64,000 bases of DNA from Dictyostelium discoideum (lineage: Eukaryota). Location of the stretch: contig CM000150.2 in assembly GCA_000004695.1 (NCBI GenBank), positions 2,016,001 to 2,080,000 of the forward strand, written 5' to 3'. The stretch's first letter is position 1, and each line of letters opens with the position of its first letter. Shown one piece after another: positions 26,126 through 40,698 of the stretch. The translations under genes were made by a program, and so were the position numbers. The notes beneath the pieces were generated by a model that ran no database searches, was not told where the DNA came from, and was given only the letters and a program-made list of their open reading frames with translations.

Positions 26126-27870
26126 ATGAAATCGACATATTCTTTATTTTTAATATTATCAACAATACTTTTGTATTTTACAATCTCTACTAAATCAATT
26201 GATGTAGATATTTCAACATTCCTTGAAAATGATTTTGATGATGCATCATCCGATTTAACACGTAACATTACAGAATTAATTCAAGCAAGAGGTTACCCAG
26301 TTGAAGATCATACTGCAATTACTGCCGATGGTTATATTGTAAGTTTATTATTATTATTATTATTTTTTTTTTTTTATTTTTTTTTTTTTTATTATTATTA
26401 ACATTTTTTAAAAAAAAAAAAAAAAAAAATATATATATATAGCTTTCAATTCAACGTATTCCAGCAGGTAGATATGCATCAAATCCAAATCCAAATGGAA
26501 AGAATGGTAAACCAGCAGTTATATTACAACATGGTGTTGAAGATATTGGTACATCATGGGTAAATCAATTAAATGTTTATCAAAGTTTAGGTTTCATTTT
26601 AGCTGATGCTGGTTTTGATGTTTGGATCAATAATGTTAGAGGTACTAGATATAGTAATTCAAGTATTGATTTAGACCCATCTGAAAGACCTGTAAATATT
26701 AAAATTAATATTATTTTATATGTATTTATGTATGTATGTATGTGTGTATGCATGTACTAATTATTAATTTATTTTATTTAACTTAATTAGTTTTGGCAAT
26801 TTTCATATGATCAAATGGCAGAATTTGATTTACCATGTGTAATTGACTATGTTTTAGAAGTTACAGGTAATAGTAAAGTTGGATATGTTGGACATAGTCA
26901 AGGTACAACAATGGGATTCATCGGATTCGTTAATCAAACTGTTGCTGAAAAGATTAACCTTTTCGTTGCATTAGCACCAGTTGTTAGAGTCACTCATTGT
27001 CAAAGTCAACTTTTAAATATTTTAGCAGAATTCAATATCGATATTTTATTCGAAGTTTTAGGTGATAAAGCATTTTTAGCTGATACTCCTTTCCTTCAAA
27101 AATATTTACCAATAATTTGTAAAAATGTAAATATTTTAATTAATAATATTTTTAAAAATATAAAATACTAATAATTTTATTTTTTTTTATAATAATAATA
27201 ATAATAATAATAATAGGAACCATCAGTTTGTGAAAATTCATTAGCATTAATTATGGGATGGGATACAGCAAATATTAATGAAACTCGTTTACCAGTTTAT
27301 ATGGCAAATGAACCAGGTGGTACAAGTGTTCAAAATGTTGTTCATTGGGCACAAGCTACTAAATATGGTTATCAAAAGTTTGATTATGGTTTAATTGGTA
27401 ATCTTCAACACTATGGCCAATCAACCCCACCAAAATATGATATAACTCAATTCAATACACCTGTTATTGCATTCTCTGGTGGTCAAGATTTTTTAGCTGA
27501 TCCTGATGATGTAGCATGTAAATATTATTAATATTATTATTATTTTTTTTTAAAAAATTAAAATAGAAAATATTAATATTAATATTACTTTCTTTTTATT
27601 TTTTAGGGTTAATTCCACAATTAAAATCTTTAGTTTATTATAAAAATTTACCAACTTATTCTCATCTTGATTTTGTTTGGGGTATGTATTTTTTTTTTTT
27701 AAAAAAAAACCTATAATATATTTTAAATATTTATATAATTAATTTTTTGACTAACAAAAAAAAAATAATAAAAATAATAAAAATAATAATAATAATTTAG
27801 GTGAAACTGCATATATCGATGTATATGCTGATGTTGTTACTTATTTAACAAAATACTCTACTGTAAATTA
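26126..27870 (+). CDS. acid lipase (lysosomal/gastric lipase family), 414 aa, six exons
   Basis: Model join(26126..26338,26443..26691,26791..27126,27217..27517,27607..27681,27800..27870), all phases consistent. Signal peptide, 'TADGYI|LSIQRIP', 'ILQHGVEDIGTSW', 'GHSQGTT', 'DDVA|W|LIPQLKSL', and 'YSHLDFVWG|ETAYIDVY'. Donors are GTAAGT, GTAAAT, GTAAAT, GTAAAT and GTATGT. Confidence 0.7.
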
Positions 27871-28234
27871 AATAAAACCAATTTATTTTAAATTAAATTA
27901 AATAAAATCAATTTATTGTAATTTTTCTTTTTTTTTTTTTTTATTTTTATATTTATTTTTAAAATACAATGGTTCTTGTAATATTTTTTATTTGAATAGG
28001 AATTTATTTTTTTTTTTATTTTTATTTAAGAAAAAAGAAATAAAAAATGGTCAAAAAAATTAGATATAGGGATACAACTTATTTTTTTTATCTATTTTTT
28101 TATTTATTTTTTTAAATAATTTATAAAACAATGTCTATTGTGGTGATTGTTATTTAAATGAAGAAATTGTAAAATATAAAGTTTAATCAGCAATGGGGTT
28201 AAAAAAACACCATTTTTGATGCAGTGGCAGTCTG

Positions 28235-28266
<32 letters not shown>

Positions 28267-28404
28267 ATACAATTAAAAAACATACAAAAAATTTAAAATA
28301 TATTAAATGGGATTAAAAAAAAAAAAAAAAAAACTCAAACTGTGTTCACCTATTAATTATGCATATATTTTTTTTTTTTTCCCCCATTCAATTATATTTT
28401 ATGT

Positions 28405-28435
28405 GTGGTTATATTGGGTGGTAGTGTGTTATTTG
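28405..28435. promoter_or_regulatory. GT-rich G-box-like element upstream of the mannosidase gene
   Basis: 'gtgtggttatattgggtggtagtgtgtt', about 450 bp upstream of the ATG at 28869, shares the 'ggtggtagtg' motif with 21670. Confidence 0.25.
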
Positions 28436-28868
28436 ATTATTATTTTTATAAATTTTATATTTTTTTTAATTTGAAAAAAAAAAAAAATTAATAAAATAAT
28501 AAAAAAATAAAATAAACATCCACCAACTTTTTTTATTTTTATTCAATTATTTATTTAATAATTTTTTTTTTTTTTTTTTTCATTTCTATCTATATTTTGG
28601 AATCATATAAAAATAATTTATAATATTATTATTTATAATAATTATTAATATTAATGTTATTTTAATTTCTATCTATATATTGACATCATATAAAATAAAT
28701 TCCATTTCATTTCAATTTTTTTTATATATATCATTTAATACTCCATATATTTTATTTTTACTTTTGTTTTATTTTTATTTTTATTATTTTTTTTTTTTCA
28801 TTCTTTCTTTTTTTTTTTTAAATAAGAAATATAATAATAAAAATAGTAATAATAATAATAATAATAAA

Positions 28869-29262
28869 ATGGCATTAAAAAATAAATTTATTGTTGCAAT
28901 GTTTGCATCAATTTTTATTATTTCTTCATTAACCTTTTTATTATTTGATGGTGGTATAAATAAAAACTTTAATCAATCATTACCACCAAAGTGGAAAATA
29001 AATATTGGAAAAGATGGAAATGTGGAATATTTAAATGATAAAAAAAATGTTAATGAAAATAATGAAAATAATAATAATCATCATAACTATAATAATGCTA
29101 ATAATCACAATGCTAATAGTGATCATAATAATGCAAATAATAATAATAATCATAATAATCATAATAATAATCATAATAATCATAATAATAATCATAATAA
29201 TCATAATAATAATCATAATAATCATAATAATAATAATCATAATAATAATAATAATAATAAGA

Positions 29263-29305
<43 letters not shown>

Positions 29306-30922
29306 TCAACAACGTATTCAAAACACAGAAAATCATAATCAACAAAGTTTTAAAAAGAAAGAAAGTAGTAATATTAAAGATAATCGTCATAAATTACCAA
29401 GATTTAAAGATGAAAGTCATAATCCATTCAATAGAATTGATAAAGTTTATAAAGAAAATGAAAAACAAAATATTGAAAGATCAAGTAAAGTTAGAGAAGC
29501 AATGAAATTTAGTTGGGATAAATATAAAGAAAATGCATGGGGTCATGATGAGTTACATCCAGTTTCAAATACATGGAATGATTGGTTTGGCATGGGTTTA
29601 ACAATTGTTGATTCATTAGATACCTTATATTTAATGGGTTTAAAAAATGAATATAATGAAGGTAGAGAATGGCTTGAAAAGGAATTAAAACAAAAGAAAC
29701 CAACTGTAATTGAAATATAATTTAATATAATATATATAATTTATTAATAATTTATTAATAATTTATTTTATTTATTTATTTTAAAAAAAAGGGTTTAATG
29801 ATATCAGTTTTTGAAACTATTATTAGATTTTTAGGTCAATATTGTACAATGTATGATTTAACAGGTGATGAAATTTATAGAGAGAAAGGAAGAGAATTGG
29901 GTGATTTACTATTACATGCATTTCCAGAGGGTAAACCATTTCCACATACTTCAATTAATTTGGCCGATCATAGATCTACAACACAATCTTGGATGGGAGA
30001 ATGTGTAGTTCTTTCAGAGGTTGGTACTATCTTTTTAGAGTTTAATCATTTGTCAAAGATAACTGGTGATCCAAAGTATAAGGAATACTCTGATGGTGTA
30101 GTTGACGCATTGGCCGCTATGAAACCAACCATTAAAGGTTTGCTACCAATTTATGTCTCTATGGATGCCCAAAGATTCTGCAATAGTCGTGTCTCGGTTG
30201 GTGCAATGGGTGACTCCTACTATGAGTATCTCTTGAAAATGTGGATCTATCACGACGGTCGTGAAGAGAGATACAGTACCCTATTCCAAGAATCTGCAGA
30301 TGCAATCATTGAACATCTTTACAAAGTGTCGCCAAAGGGTGATGGGTATATCACAATTATGGACTACGACGTGCCAACCAACACACAAGAGCATCTAACT
30401 TGCTTTGCCGGCGGTATGTATGCATTGGCTGCTGTCTCAAATATTACTGGTGGTGATGTTGAAAAGGATAAACTCTATATGAAAGTTGGTGAAGAGGTAA
30501 CTAAAACTTGTACAAAGCTTTACTTAACCTCGGCCACCGGTCTAGGCCCAGAGACCGCTTACTTCAACCAAAATGGTGAAATTGAATTCTCTGGCCATTC
30601 AGCTGCCCCCCACTACATCCTTCGTCCTGAAACTGTTGAAAGTTTATTTATTCTCTATCGTCTAACTGGTGATACCATCTATCAAGACTGGGCTTGGCAA
30701 ATCTTTGAATCTATAAACTCTGTCTGTAGAACTAACAATGGCTTTGCTGGTGTTAAAGATGTCTCCAATATTCATACACAATTCGATGATAATCAACAAA
30801 GTTTCTTTATGGCTGAAACCTTAAAATATCTTTACCTAATCTTCCAACCTTCTTCAGTGATTCCTCTTAATAAATATGTTTTTAATACTGAAGCCCATCC
30901 TGTAAAAATTCAATATCAATAA
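28869..30922 (+). CDS. glycoside hydrolase family 47 alpha-1,2-mannosidase (type II membrane protein), 655 aa
   Basis: Model join(28869..29705,29792..30922) with an 86-nt phase-0 intron (GTAATT..aaaaaag). N-terminal TM 'FIVAMFASIFIISSLTFLLF', an N/H-rich (HNN)n stalk, then the GH47 catalytic domain ('SVFETIIRFLG', 'GAMGDSYYEYLLKMW', 'ETVESLFILYRLTGD', 'FFMAETLKYLYLIF'). Confidence 0.75.
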
Positions 30923-31097
30923 TATTAATAATATTAAAAATATTAATAATAACAATAATAACAAAAATAAAATAAAATTAAAATAAAATATCTGGAACCC
31001 GTTTTCACATTTTTGTGTGAGTTGCCAAAAAAAAAAAAAAAAAAAATTAAATTAAAAAAAAATAAAAATAAATTAAAAAAAAAAAAATATAAAATAA

Positions 31098-31134
<37 letters not shown>

Positions 31135-31240
31135 TTTATTTAAATTTCTCTTTGTATATATATAAATTATCACGTACCACAAGTTTTTTTTCTCTTTTTT
31201 TTTTTTTTTTGTAAATAAAATATAAATAATAAAATAATAA

Positions 31241-31809
31241 ATGGATCCATATGGAAACTATTATAATTATCCACCACCAGGAACATGTACGTAAATTATT
31301 TATAATAAAATTAAAAATAATAAATTATAAAATTTACTAATACTTTTTTTTTTAAAAAAAAATGATAATTATTAATAATAATAATAATAAAGATGTTGTA
31401 CCACCACCACCAACAACATTCATAGCACCACCACCACCAACAGTTTATACAACTATGCAACCACCAGCATATGGAATTTACCCACCACAACCACAATATA
31501 TACAACCAATTCAACCAGTTTACGGATATGGTGGCGCTCCTCCACCAAATCCAAATGCTTATTCTTATCCTGTACAAGCCCCAATCCCTGGTGCAAATGG
31601 ATATAGTAATAGAAGTATAAGTGGTGTAAGTATTCCCTTTTTTTTTTTTTATTATCTATAAAAAAAAAATAAAAAAAAGAGCCTACTATTAATAATTAAC
31701 AAATACTAATATTTTTTTTATTTTTTTTTTATTTATTTCTTTCAATCATCTTTAGCATAAATTCCAAAGTGGTTTTAGAGTTAAACGTGAACATTATCAC
31801 CAATTTTAA
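31241..31809 (+). CDS. small Pro/Tyr-rich protein, 110 aa, three exons
   Basis: Model join(31241..31286,31393..31625,31756..31809) with GTACGT and GTAAGT donors and consistent phases. Protein is MDPYGNYYNYPPPGT|YVVPPPPTTFIAPPPP..ISG|HKFQSGFRVKREHYHQF. Confidence 0.45.
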
Positions 31810-32203
31810 TATACTTTTATAAGAATAGTATAAATTTGAAACAAATATGTATAAAAAAAAAAAAAAAAAAAAAATTTTGTATTTAATAAAACATACACCA
31901 AAAACATTAATCTATTTATAATTAAAAAAAAAAAAAAAAAAAAAATCGTTTTTAATTTATTTCTATCGTTTTCTCCATACAAATAATGTATTTAAAATAT
32001 TAATTCTATACATATACAATACCATCTTATTAGTAAATATCTAAACAAAAAAAAAAAAAAATTCAAATAAAATATTAATTAATAGTATTTATTAAAAGTG
32101 ATTTAGTAAATAAAATAAAATATTTAAAAAATAAATAATAAATAATAAAAAAAAAAGGGTATAAAAAAAAAAAAAAAAAAAAACTATTAATTAATAATTT
32201 AAC

Positions 32204-32234
<31 letters not shown>

Positions 32235-32274
32235 CTATTAATTAATAATTTAACAAAAAAAAAAAAAGAAGAAA

Positions 32275-32646
32275 ATGAAATTTATTCAATTATTTTTAGC
32301 AGTTTTATTTTGTTTAGTAATTGTTTCAGCAAATCATATTAAAGATGCAACAATTGAATTAAAACAAATTGGTTCATGGATGGAGAATAATCATGCTGTA
32401 ACTCAATATTCAGCCACAATTATTAATCATAAAAATCAAGTTTTAAAATCAATTAACATTGCAACTGATTCAACATTTTGTTTAAATGATTCAACATCAT
32501 TTTGGAATATTGAAAGACTTTCAAATGGAGATCTAGTTTTACCTGTTGGTCAACCAACCATTGCTGCTCAAAGTTCCTATACATTTTACTTTATCTTAAA
32601 AGGTTCAACTCAACCATTCCTTCATGTTATGTCTGTTGTTTATTAA
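32275..32646 (+). CDS. small secreted protein, 123 aa, possibly carbohydrate-binding
   Basis: Single exon with signal peptide MKFIQLFLAVLFCLVIVSA. The mature part is an 'ATIELKQIGSWMENNHAVTQYSATIIN..SYTFYFILKG' beta-rich domain typical of small Dictyostelium secreted proteins. Confidence 0.5.
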   Translation: MKFIQLFLAVLFCLVIVSANHIKDATIELKQIGSWMENNHAVTQYSATIINHKNQVLKSINIATDSTFCLNDSTSFWNIERLSNGDLVLPVGQPTIAAQSSYTFYFILKGSTQPFLHVMSVVY

Positions 32647-32941
32647 AAAATAATAATAATTTTTAAATAAAATTTTTAACAAGGAATTCCCTTATTAAAA
32701 TTTCAAAAAAATATAATTATATTATCATAAATTTTAAACACCACGGTTAGATAGTGATTTAATTTTCTGAAGTGCAAATTGGTTTATTTTATTAATAATT
32801 TTTATTTTTTTATTTTTTTTTTTTTTTTTTTTTTTTTTTTATTTTTATTTTTTTTTTCGAACATTAGGATTCGAATTTTTTTTTTTTTTTTTTTTTTTCA
32901 TATTTTCAGTTTGTATTGAGATTAAGGTTTTATAATATAAA

Positions 32942-33046
32942 ATGTCAAAAACTCCAGCTAAACTTGTAGATTGTAGTTCAACCCTCAGCAGAGTTGGTAA
33001 CCACCTCCAAATGGGTGTTGTTGTAAGTTATCAAAATAAATAAATA

Positions 33047-33098
<52 letters not shown>

Positions 33099-34448
33099 TT
33101 AAATTTTTATTTTTATTTTTATTTTTTTTTTAAAAATGATAGGGTATGCCAAATGTTGGTAAAAGTTCATTGTTCAATTTATTATGTAAAATGTCAATTC
33201 CAGCTGAAAATTTCCCATTTTGTACTATTGATCCAAATTTATCACGTTGCGCTGTTCCAGATGAACGTTATACTTGGTTATGTGAACATTGGAAACCAAA
33301 GAGTGAAGTCCCATCTTATTTACAAATCACTGATATTGCTGGTTTAGTTAAAGGTGCTTCAACTGGTGCTGGTCTTGGTAATGCGTATGTATAAAATTAA
33401 AAAAAAAAATTAAAAAAATATCACAATAATAATACTAATACTAATAATACTAATAATACTATAAATATATATATACCACCACAATTATTAGTTTCCTTTC
33501 TCACATTCAACAAGTCGATGGTATTTACCATATGATTCGTGCCTTTGAAAATGATGAAATCATTCATGTTGAAGATTCAGTCGACCCAGTCAGAGATTTA
33601 GATATCATTTCAAAAGAATTAATTGCCAAAGATATTGAATTCACAACTAAAGCTTTAAAAACTTTACAAACCTCTTTAAAAAATGTAAGTTGTTTATTAT
33701 TATTATTATTTAAATACAAAGGTGGTGATTGTAGTGTATTAATATTTTTTTTATTTTTTTATTTTTTTTTTTTATATTTTAGAAAACAATTGATAAAGCT
33801 AAACAAGTTGAACTTGGTACTTATAATAAAGTTTTAGAATTATTAGAATCAGGTAAACATGTAAGATATGGTACTTATTCAAATGCTGAAACTGAACATG
33901 TTCGTGATTTACATTTATTGACATCAAAACCAGCAATTTATTTAATCAATCTTTCTGAAGAAGATTTCATTAGAAAGAAGAATAAATGGTTAGCAAAGAT
34001 TAAAGCATGGGTTGATGAAAATGGTGGTGGTACAATGATTCCAGTTTCAGTAAGTTTTGAAAAAGCTTTATTGGATTTATCTTCAGATGATGAAAGAAAA
34101 GCATATGAAAAAGAAAAAGGTGCAGTTAGTATTATGCCAAAAATCATTAAAACTGGTTACAGCACATTAAATCTCATCAATTTCTTTACATGTGGTAAAG
34201 ATGAAGTTAGAAGTTGGTGTTTACAAAAAGGTAACAAAGCTCCACAAGCTGCTGGTGTCATTCACACTGATTTCGAAAAAGGTTTCATTATGGCTGAAAC
34301 TATGGCTTATTCTGACTTTTTCGAATTAAAATCTGAAGCTGAATGTAAATCAAGAGGAAAATATAGAATGGAAGGTAAAAACTATGAAGTTGTTGATGGT
34401 GATATTATTTTCTTCAAATTCAACGTATCAAATAATAAGAAAAAATAA
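32942..34448 (+). CDS. Obg-like ATPase 1 (OLA1/YchF family GTPase/ATPase), 393 aa
   Basis: Model join(32942..33022,33143..33384,33492..33684,33783..34448) with GTAAGT, GTATGT (phase 2, rebuilding GCT in 'GNA|FLSHI') and GTAAGT donors. '[12 protein letters not shown]', 'FPFCTIDPN', 'DIAGLVKGA', '[12 protein letters not shown]', '[11 protein letters not shown]' and a TGS-like C-terminus. Confidence 0.8.
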
Positions 34449-34766
34449 ATAAATAAATTAAAATAAATAAAAAAATAAAAAAAAAAAAAGAATCATTTTC
34501 CAACTTTTTTTTCAAAATAAAATTAATATATATTTAATTATTTAATTTTATTTTTATTACAATTTTTAAAACAATCTCAAAATATAACCTTAATATTGAA
34601 CGCGTTTGTTGTCGAGTTTGATGGTTTCTTTTTTTTTTTTTTGATTTTTTTTTTTTTGATTTTTTTTTTTTTTTTTTTTTAGAGTTTTGTTTAATGGTTC
34701 GCTTTTTTTTTTTTTATTTTTATTATTTTTAATCACTTTTGATCAAAACTCAAAAAAAAAAAAAAA

Positions 34767-35719
34767 ATGACAACAAAAATAGTTGAAGAAGGATATTGGT
34801 TTTCAAAAATCCCTTCAAAAAGATGGGCTGAAAAATTCTTTTTATTCTACAGTCCAGTTTGGATCACCGTATTTTCATTAATCGTTGCAACTGGTGCTTA
34901 TAAAGTAATATTAATAAAAAAAAAAAAAAAAAAAAAAAATAAAATCACTTTATTTGGGAAAACTAATTTTATTTATTTATTTATTTATTTATTTACTTGG
35001 AAAAAAAGAGTTTTTATGATGTTGAATTTTTTATTTTAGGTCTTGTTGTTTCATTGCCATGTGTGATTTATCCATTATTATTCCCATGTGCAGCAGATAA
35101 AGGTAAACCAATTTTAGAGAGATATTGGGTTAAAGCAAATATTTGGATTGCATTATTTGGATTTGTTGGAAATTATTTTTGGACACATTACTTTTTCGTT
35201 TTATTACAAGCAACTTATAGATTTCCAGTTGAATTCAAATTGAATGAGGTACCAGTAATGCTTTATTTTGTAACTCATGCATATTTCATTAGTTATCATG
35301 CTGCAACTACACCAATTTTACGTCGTTATTGGACTGCATTTGGTGGTCGTGATAATCGTACCTTTTTAAAGACTGTTGGTTCAATTTTGATCGTTTGTGC
35401 TATGGCTTATTTCACTGCTTTCATGGAAGCATGGACTATTAGTTCTGTACCATACTATCATATTGAAGATCGTACTAAAATGTATACAATCGGTTCAACT
35501 TTTTACATGTTATACTTTGTAATCTCTTTCCCAATGTTTGCCCGTATTGATGAGACTGGTCCAAAACATAATGAAAAATGGAATATTTCACGTGCTGCTT
35601 TAGAAGGTTTAGGTAGTGCTATGATCGTTTTCATTTTATGTGATTTTTGGAGACTTGCAATTGGTTCATTAAATGGTGAACAAGTTGGTCAAGTTTTTAT
35701 TGGTAAAAGTGGTGTTTAA
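34767..35719 (+). CDS. cycloeucalenol cycloisomerase (plant-type sterol pathway), 282 aa
   Basis: Model join(34767..34904,35009..35719) with a 104-nt phase-0 intron (GTAATA..aaaaag). Alignable with plant CPI1: 'PSKRWAEKFFLFYSPVWIT', 'RYWVKANIWIALFGFVGNYFWTHYFF', 'FVISFPMF', 'ILCDFWRL'. Confidence 0.7.
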
Positions 35720-35722
35720 ATG

Positions 35723-35777
<55 letters not shown>

Positions 35778-36353
35778 TACTTTTATTCACTTGATGGATT
35801 AAAAAAAAAAAATAATAATAATAATTTAAATCATTTAAAGAATAATAAAATAATAAAATAAAATTTCTTTTTTTTTCCTAATTCTATCTAAAAAAAATAA
35901 TGTTTCTCTTCCCATCTTTATATTTTTCTGCTTCAACACACCCAACAAACCAACATGGTTAAAAAAAAATTAGTAAAAATTAATTATTAATTTATTAATT
36001 TATTTTAAAAAAAACATCTAACCTCTTAATGATTTAGTAAACTTTTAAATTGTTTTATTTTGTTTTCCTTTTTCTTCTTTAGAATCTTCACTAAATTCAT
36101 TAAAGAATATGGTTAAAAAAAATATATATATATATTTATATACTTTGATTAAATTTATTTATTATACTTTATATAATGACAGAAAATTATGATTTAAATT
36201 CTCAATCTTTATATAATAATTCAAATATTAATATTTTATATAATGAAAAATCAGTTGTTAATACTACTGATTTTATTCATCAATCTCATAAGCAAATACC
36301 CATAATATATCATTTTTTAGTCAACACATTTATATTAATTTATAATAAATAAA

Positions 36354-36722
36354 TTATTCTTCTTTATTTAAATATTCATCTATTAAATGTTTAATAGCCT
36401 TTGTTAAATTATTCATATAATATTTTAACTTTTTTGTTTTATTATTTGGAAATAATATTGTTTTCATAGTTTGAAATGCTATAATTTCTGGATTTAAACC
36501 AGGTTGTAAAAGTGATTTGCCAATTACTAAATCATACTCATTAATTAGTTTGTTAATAGTTGAATATGATAAATTATTGTTGGTGACCCAGGTTTCTGAA
36601 ATATATTTTTCGGTATCTATTTTAAAATTGGTCAAAATGTAAAGTTGATGGCATTTTAAATCAATTATAAACACAGACATTTCTTGATAAATTTTACCTA
36701 AATATATAATATGCTTTAACAT
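36354..36722 (-). CDS. hypothetical protein, 122 aa
   Basis: ORF with a real ATG (MLKHIIYLGKIYQEMSVFIIDLK...IDEYLNKEE). No confident family assignment. It may have an upstream exon, since an ORF 'MLTEEILSFQQQPTEINLSLMDCIKKYLF' lies at 37005-36865. Confidence 0.3.
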   Translation of the reverse strand: MLKHIIYLGKIYQEMSVFIIDLKCHQLYILTNFKIDTEKYISETWVTNNNLSYSTINKLINEYDLVIGKSLLQPGLNPEIIAFQTMKTILFPNNKTKKLKYYMNNLTKAIKHLIDEYLNKEE

Positions 36723-37379
36723 CTTATTTAAATGACGAGTGATAAAGATTTGGATTGATAAAAATTATATCAGGATTTTGAGTTTTTGTCTTTGGAATAA
36801 ATATTTTTAAAATTTTTCATAAATTGATTTAGGTGAATTTAAATCAACAATTGTTGAATTTTAATAAAAGGAATAACACATTGATATAAATAATACGCAT
36901 AAATCAGTATCTGCGTTGGTGAATAAATATTTTTTAATGCAATCCATTAATGATAAATTTATTTCAGTAGGTTGTTGTTGAAAACTTAAAATTTCTTCAG
37001 TTAACATATTAACTTTTTTTTTAGAGAATTAATTTCTTCATTTTCATTTTTTTCTCTTATGAGCTAAGTCTTCCATATTGGAAATCACAAAAAAAAAAAA
37101 ACTTATTATTTAATTAAAAAAAAAAATTAAAAAAAAAACTAATAAAAAATCAAAAAATCAAAAAAAAATTTCCTGGAAAAATAACATCGACAATTAACCG
37201 ATTTTTATTTTGTGGATACCAGTGAATTGATTTATTTTATTTTTTTTTTTTTTTTTAAAAGATATTTATATGTCCACTGAGCATAATAAAAAATTTAAAA
37301 TTGAAAGTTCCTCAAAATTAGAAGGCTATAAAAAAAAAAAATGAATGATAAATAATTAAACTAAAAATAAAATTAAAAC

Positions 37380-37415
<36 letters not shown>

Positions 37416-38000
37416 AATAGAACAGTTAAATTAGTTTTTTTATTTATTTATTTTTTTTTTTTTTTATATCATTTTGTGTATTTTTCAGTTCTCTATTTTT
37501 ATATACTAAATTCATATTAAAAAATAATAAAAAAATAAAATCATTGTCAAAAAATTCAAGTGAAAATAAAAAAAATAAAAAAAAATATTTTAAAATATCA
37601 AATTTATTTTTTTTAAAATGAAAAAAAAAATCAATTGGGAGTCAAAAAAAAAAAAAATCTTTTTTTTTATTTTATTTTTTTTTATTTTTTTTTTCATCAT
37701 TTTGTGCCAAAAAAAAAAAAAAACAATAAACACACACTAAAAACAATAAACACACACCAAAATCTTTTTTTTTTTTTTCATTTTAAAAACAAATCTAATT
37801 TCGTGGTAAAATACACATATATATAGAGAAAAAAAACAAAAAAAAATATATAAATAAAAAAATTTAAAAAAAGAAAAAAATTAAAAAATTAATTTTTCGA
37901 AAAAAAAAAGGTGAAAGAAAAAGTGTAAATAAATAAAAAAAATAAAAAAATTTATTTATATTTATATTTATATATATATATATAACAGTAATAGTATAAA

Positions 38001-38913
<913 letters not shown>

Positions 38914-39280
38914 TAAATAAATAAAAAAAAAAAATTAAAAAAATAATTTTAAAAAAAAAAAAAAAACAAAACAAATAATATTATTACACTAGAAAAAAGA
39001 AATTAATAAATTTTATTATAAATTAGGCAATTTCTTATTTTTTAATGCAATTTCTATTTGCAATATTTTAAGAAGTTTTTTCCTTAAAAATTGATTAATT
39101 CAATTAAAAAATAAGAAATCACCTAATTTTATTAACTTATAATAAAATAAATCAATTTTTTCCCGTGTATTATTTTAACTATTTTTTTTTTTTTTTATTT
39201 ATTTTTTTATTTTTTTATTTTTTTTTTATTTTTATTTTTTTTATTTTTATTTATTTATTTATTTATTATTAATAATTTAT

Positions 39281-40126
39281 TTAATTCTTTCTGTATAATT
39301 TCCAATCTTTTTTAGAAAGTTTCTTTAATTTTTGAGTATTATTAATAACTTGAACGACTTCAGATTTTTTAAGATTTTCTTCTTTAATTCTTTTATTTTC
39401 TCTGATTGCATTATGCATAAGTGTTTTATCGAGTTTAGTTTTCTCTTTGATTTCTCTTTCTTTATCTTTCATTCTCTTTAAGTCAATTCTTTGTTTTTGT
39501 TTATTTTCAAATGATTGTTTAAAACCTTTAGATTTAATAGCAGAGTTTAATTTTGATGATGGTGTTTTCCAAACTCTACCTGATACTGGTTTACCTCTAC
39601 TTGGATCAATTTCTTTGATTGTTCTTTTCATTTTATTTACAGTTGGTGTGTTGGTAGTAGTGGTAGTAGTAGTATCATTATTTTGTTCTTCTTTTGCTTT
39701 TGGTACATCTTCTTCTTTTGATGGTTTTGGAGTTGGTGCTGGTAAATCTTTTGTAATAATAACTTCATCGTCAACAATATTTTCAATTGGTTGCTTTTCT
39801 GTGATTACGATATCTTCTTTTTCTTCTGCTTGTTGTTCATTTTCAGTAGTTTTTGGTTGATCAATTGGTGCTGATGGTTGTGGTGTTTCAGTTGATTTTT
39901 TAGTTGCAGCTGGTTTCTTTGCTGAAACTTTTTTACTAACTTTTTTAACTGGTTTTTCAATTGGTTGTTCTACTTGAATTACATCAGTGTCCATTTCAAT
40001 ATTATCATCTTGGTTGGTTTCAGTATCTGGTTTAACTGATTTTCTTGGTTTTCTTATTTTTGTTGACTTTAAAAGAGTCATAAATTGAGTATCTTCAATA
40101 TTTGAGGTTCTTCTTGTTCCTGTCAT
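39281..40126 (-). CDS. Cgr1/CCDC86-like nucleolar Lys-rich protein, 281 aa
   Basis: Single exon. The C-terminus 'GRVWKTPSSKLNSAIKSKGFKQSFENKQKQRIDLKRMKDKEREIKEK..SEVVQVINNTQKLKKLSKKDWKLYRK' matches the Cgr1/CCDC86 conserved region. Confidence 0.55.
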   Translation of the reverse strand: MTGTRRTSNIEDTQFMTLLKSTKIRKPRKSVKPDTETNQDDNIEMDTDVIQVEQPIEKPVKKVSKKVSAKKPAATKKSTETPQPSAPIDQPKTTENEQQAEEKEDIVITEKQPIENIVDDEVIITKDLPAPTPKPSKEEDVPKAKEEQNNDTTTTTTTNTPTVNKMKRTIKEIDPSRGKPVSGRVWKTPSSKLNSAIKSKGFKQSFENKQKQRIDLKRMKDKEREIKEKTKLDKTLMHNAIRENKRIKEENLKKSEVVQVINNTQKLKKLSKKDWKLYRKN

Positions 40127-40698
40127 TCTTGTTATTATTATATTGATTAATCAAAATTACTTTTTATTTATATAACTTTTAAAAAAAAAAAAAAAAAAAA
40201 AACAAAAAACGAATCGGGGGAATTGAGAAAAAATAATAAAAAAAAAAATTTAAAAAAAAATAAAAATAAAAAATCGTTTTTTTCACCCTTCGTCAAAAAA
40301 AAAAAAAATAAAATTTTATTTAATTTAATTTTATTTAAATTTTTTTTTTTTTTATGATTTTTATTTTTTTTTTTAAAATTAATTTTTTTTTTTTTTTTCA
40401 ATATAAAAAATTGAACAAACAAGGAATTCCTTTATTTGTTTCATTTTTTTTTTTTCTATGTATATAAAATTTAATTTCTTTTTCTATGTTACAATTTATA
40501 CTTAGAATAATTTAAACAATAAAACAAACTCGAACTAGTCAATACATGATTTATTAATTTTTTTTTTTTTAAAAAAGAAAATTAAAAAAAAAAAAAAAAA
40601 AATAGAAACAAACCAAAAGAACAATTCAAAATAATAAAATAAAAATAAAATAAAATAAATAAATAACAATATATATACCTTTTTTTATTATAGTCACA

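Noticed and set aside
29031-29505. ORFs 29031-29390 (minus) and 29035-29505 (plus) translating to poly-Ile/Met
   Set aside because: They are alternative-frame or antisense readings of the (AAT/CAT)n N/H-rich stalk of the mannosidase gene. The ORF in the 28869 frame has the recognisable catalytic domain.
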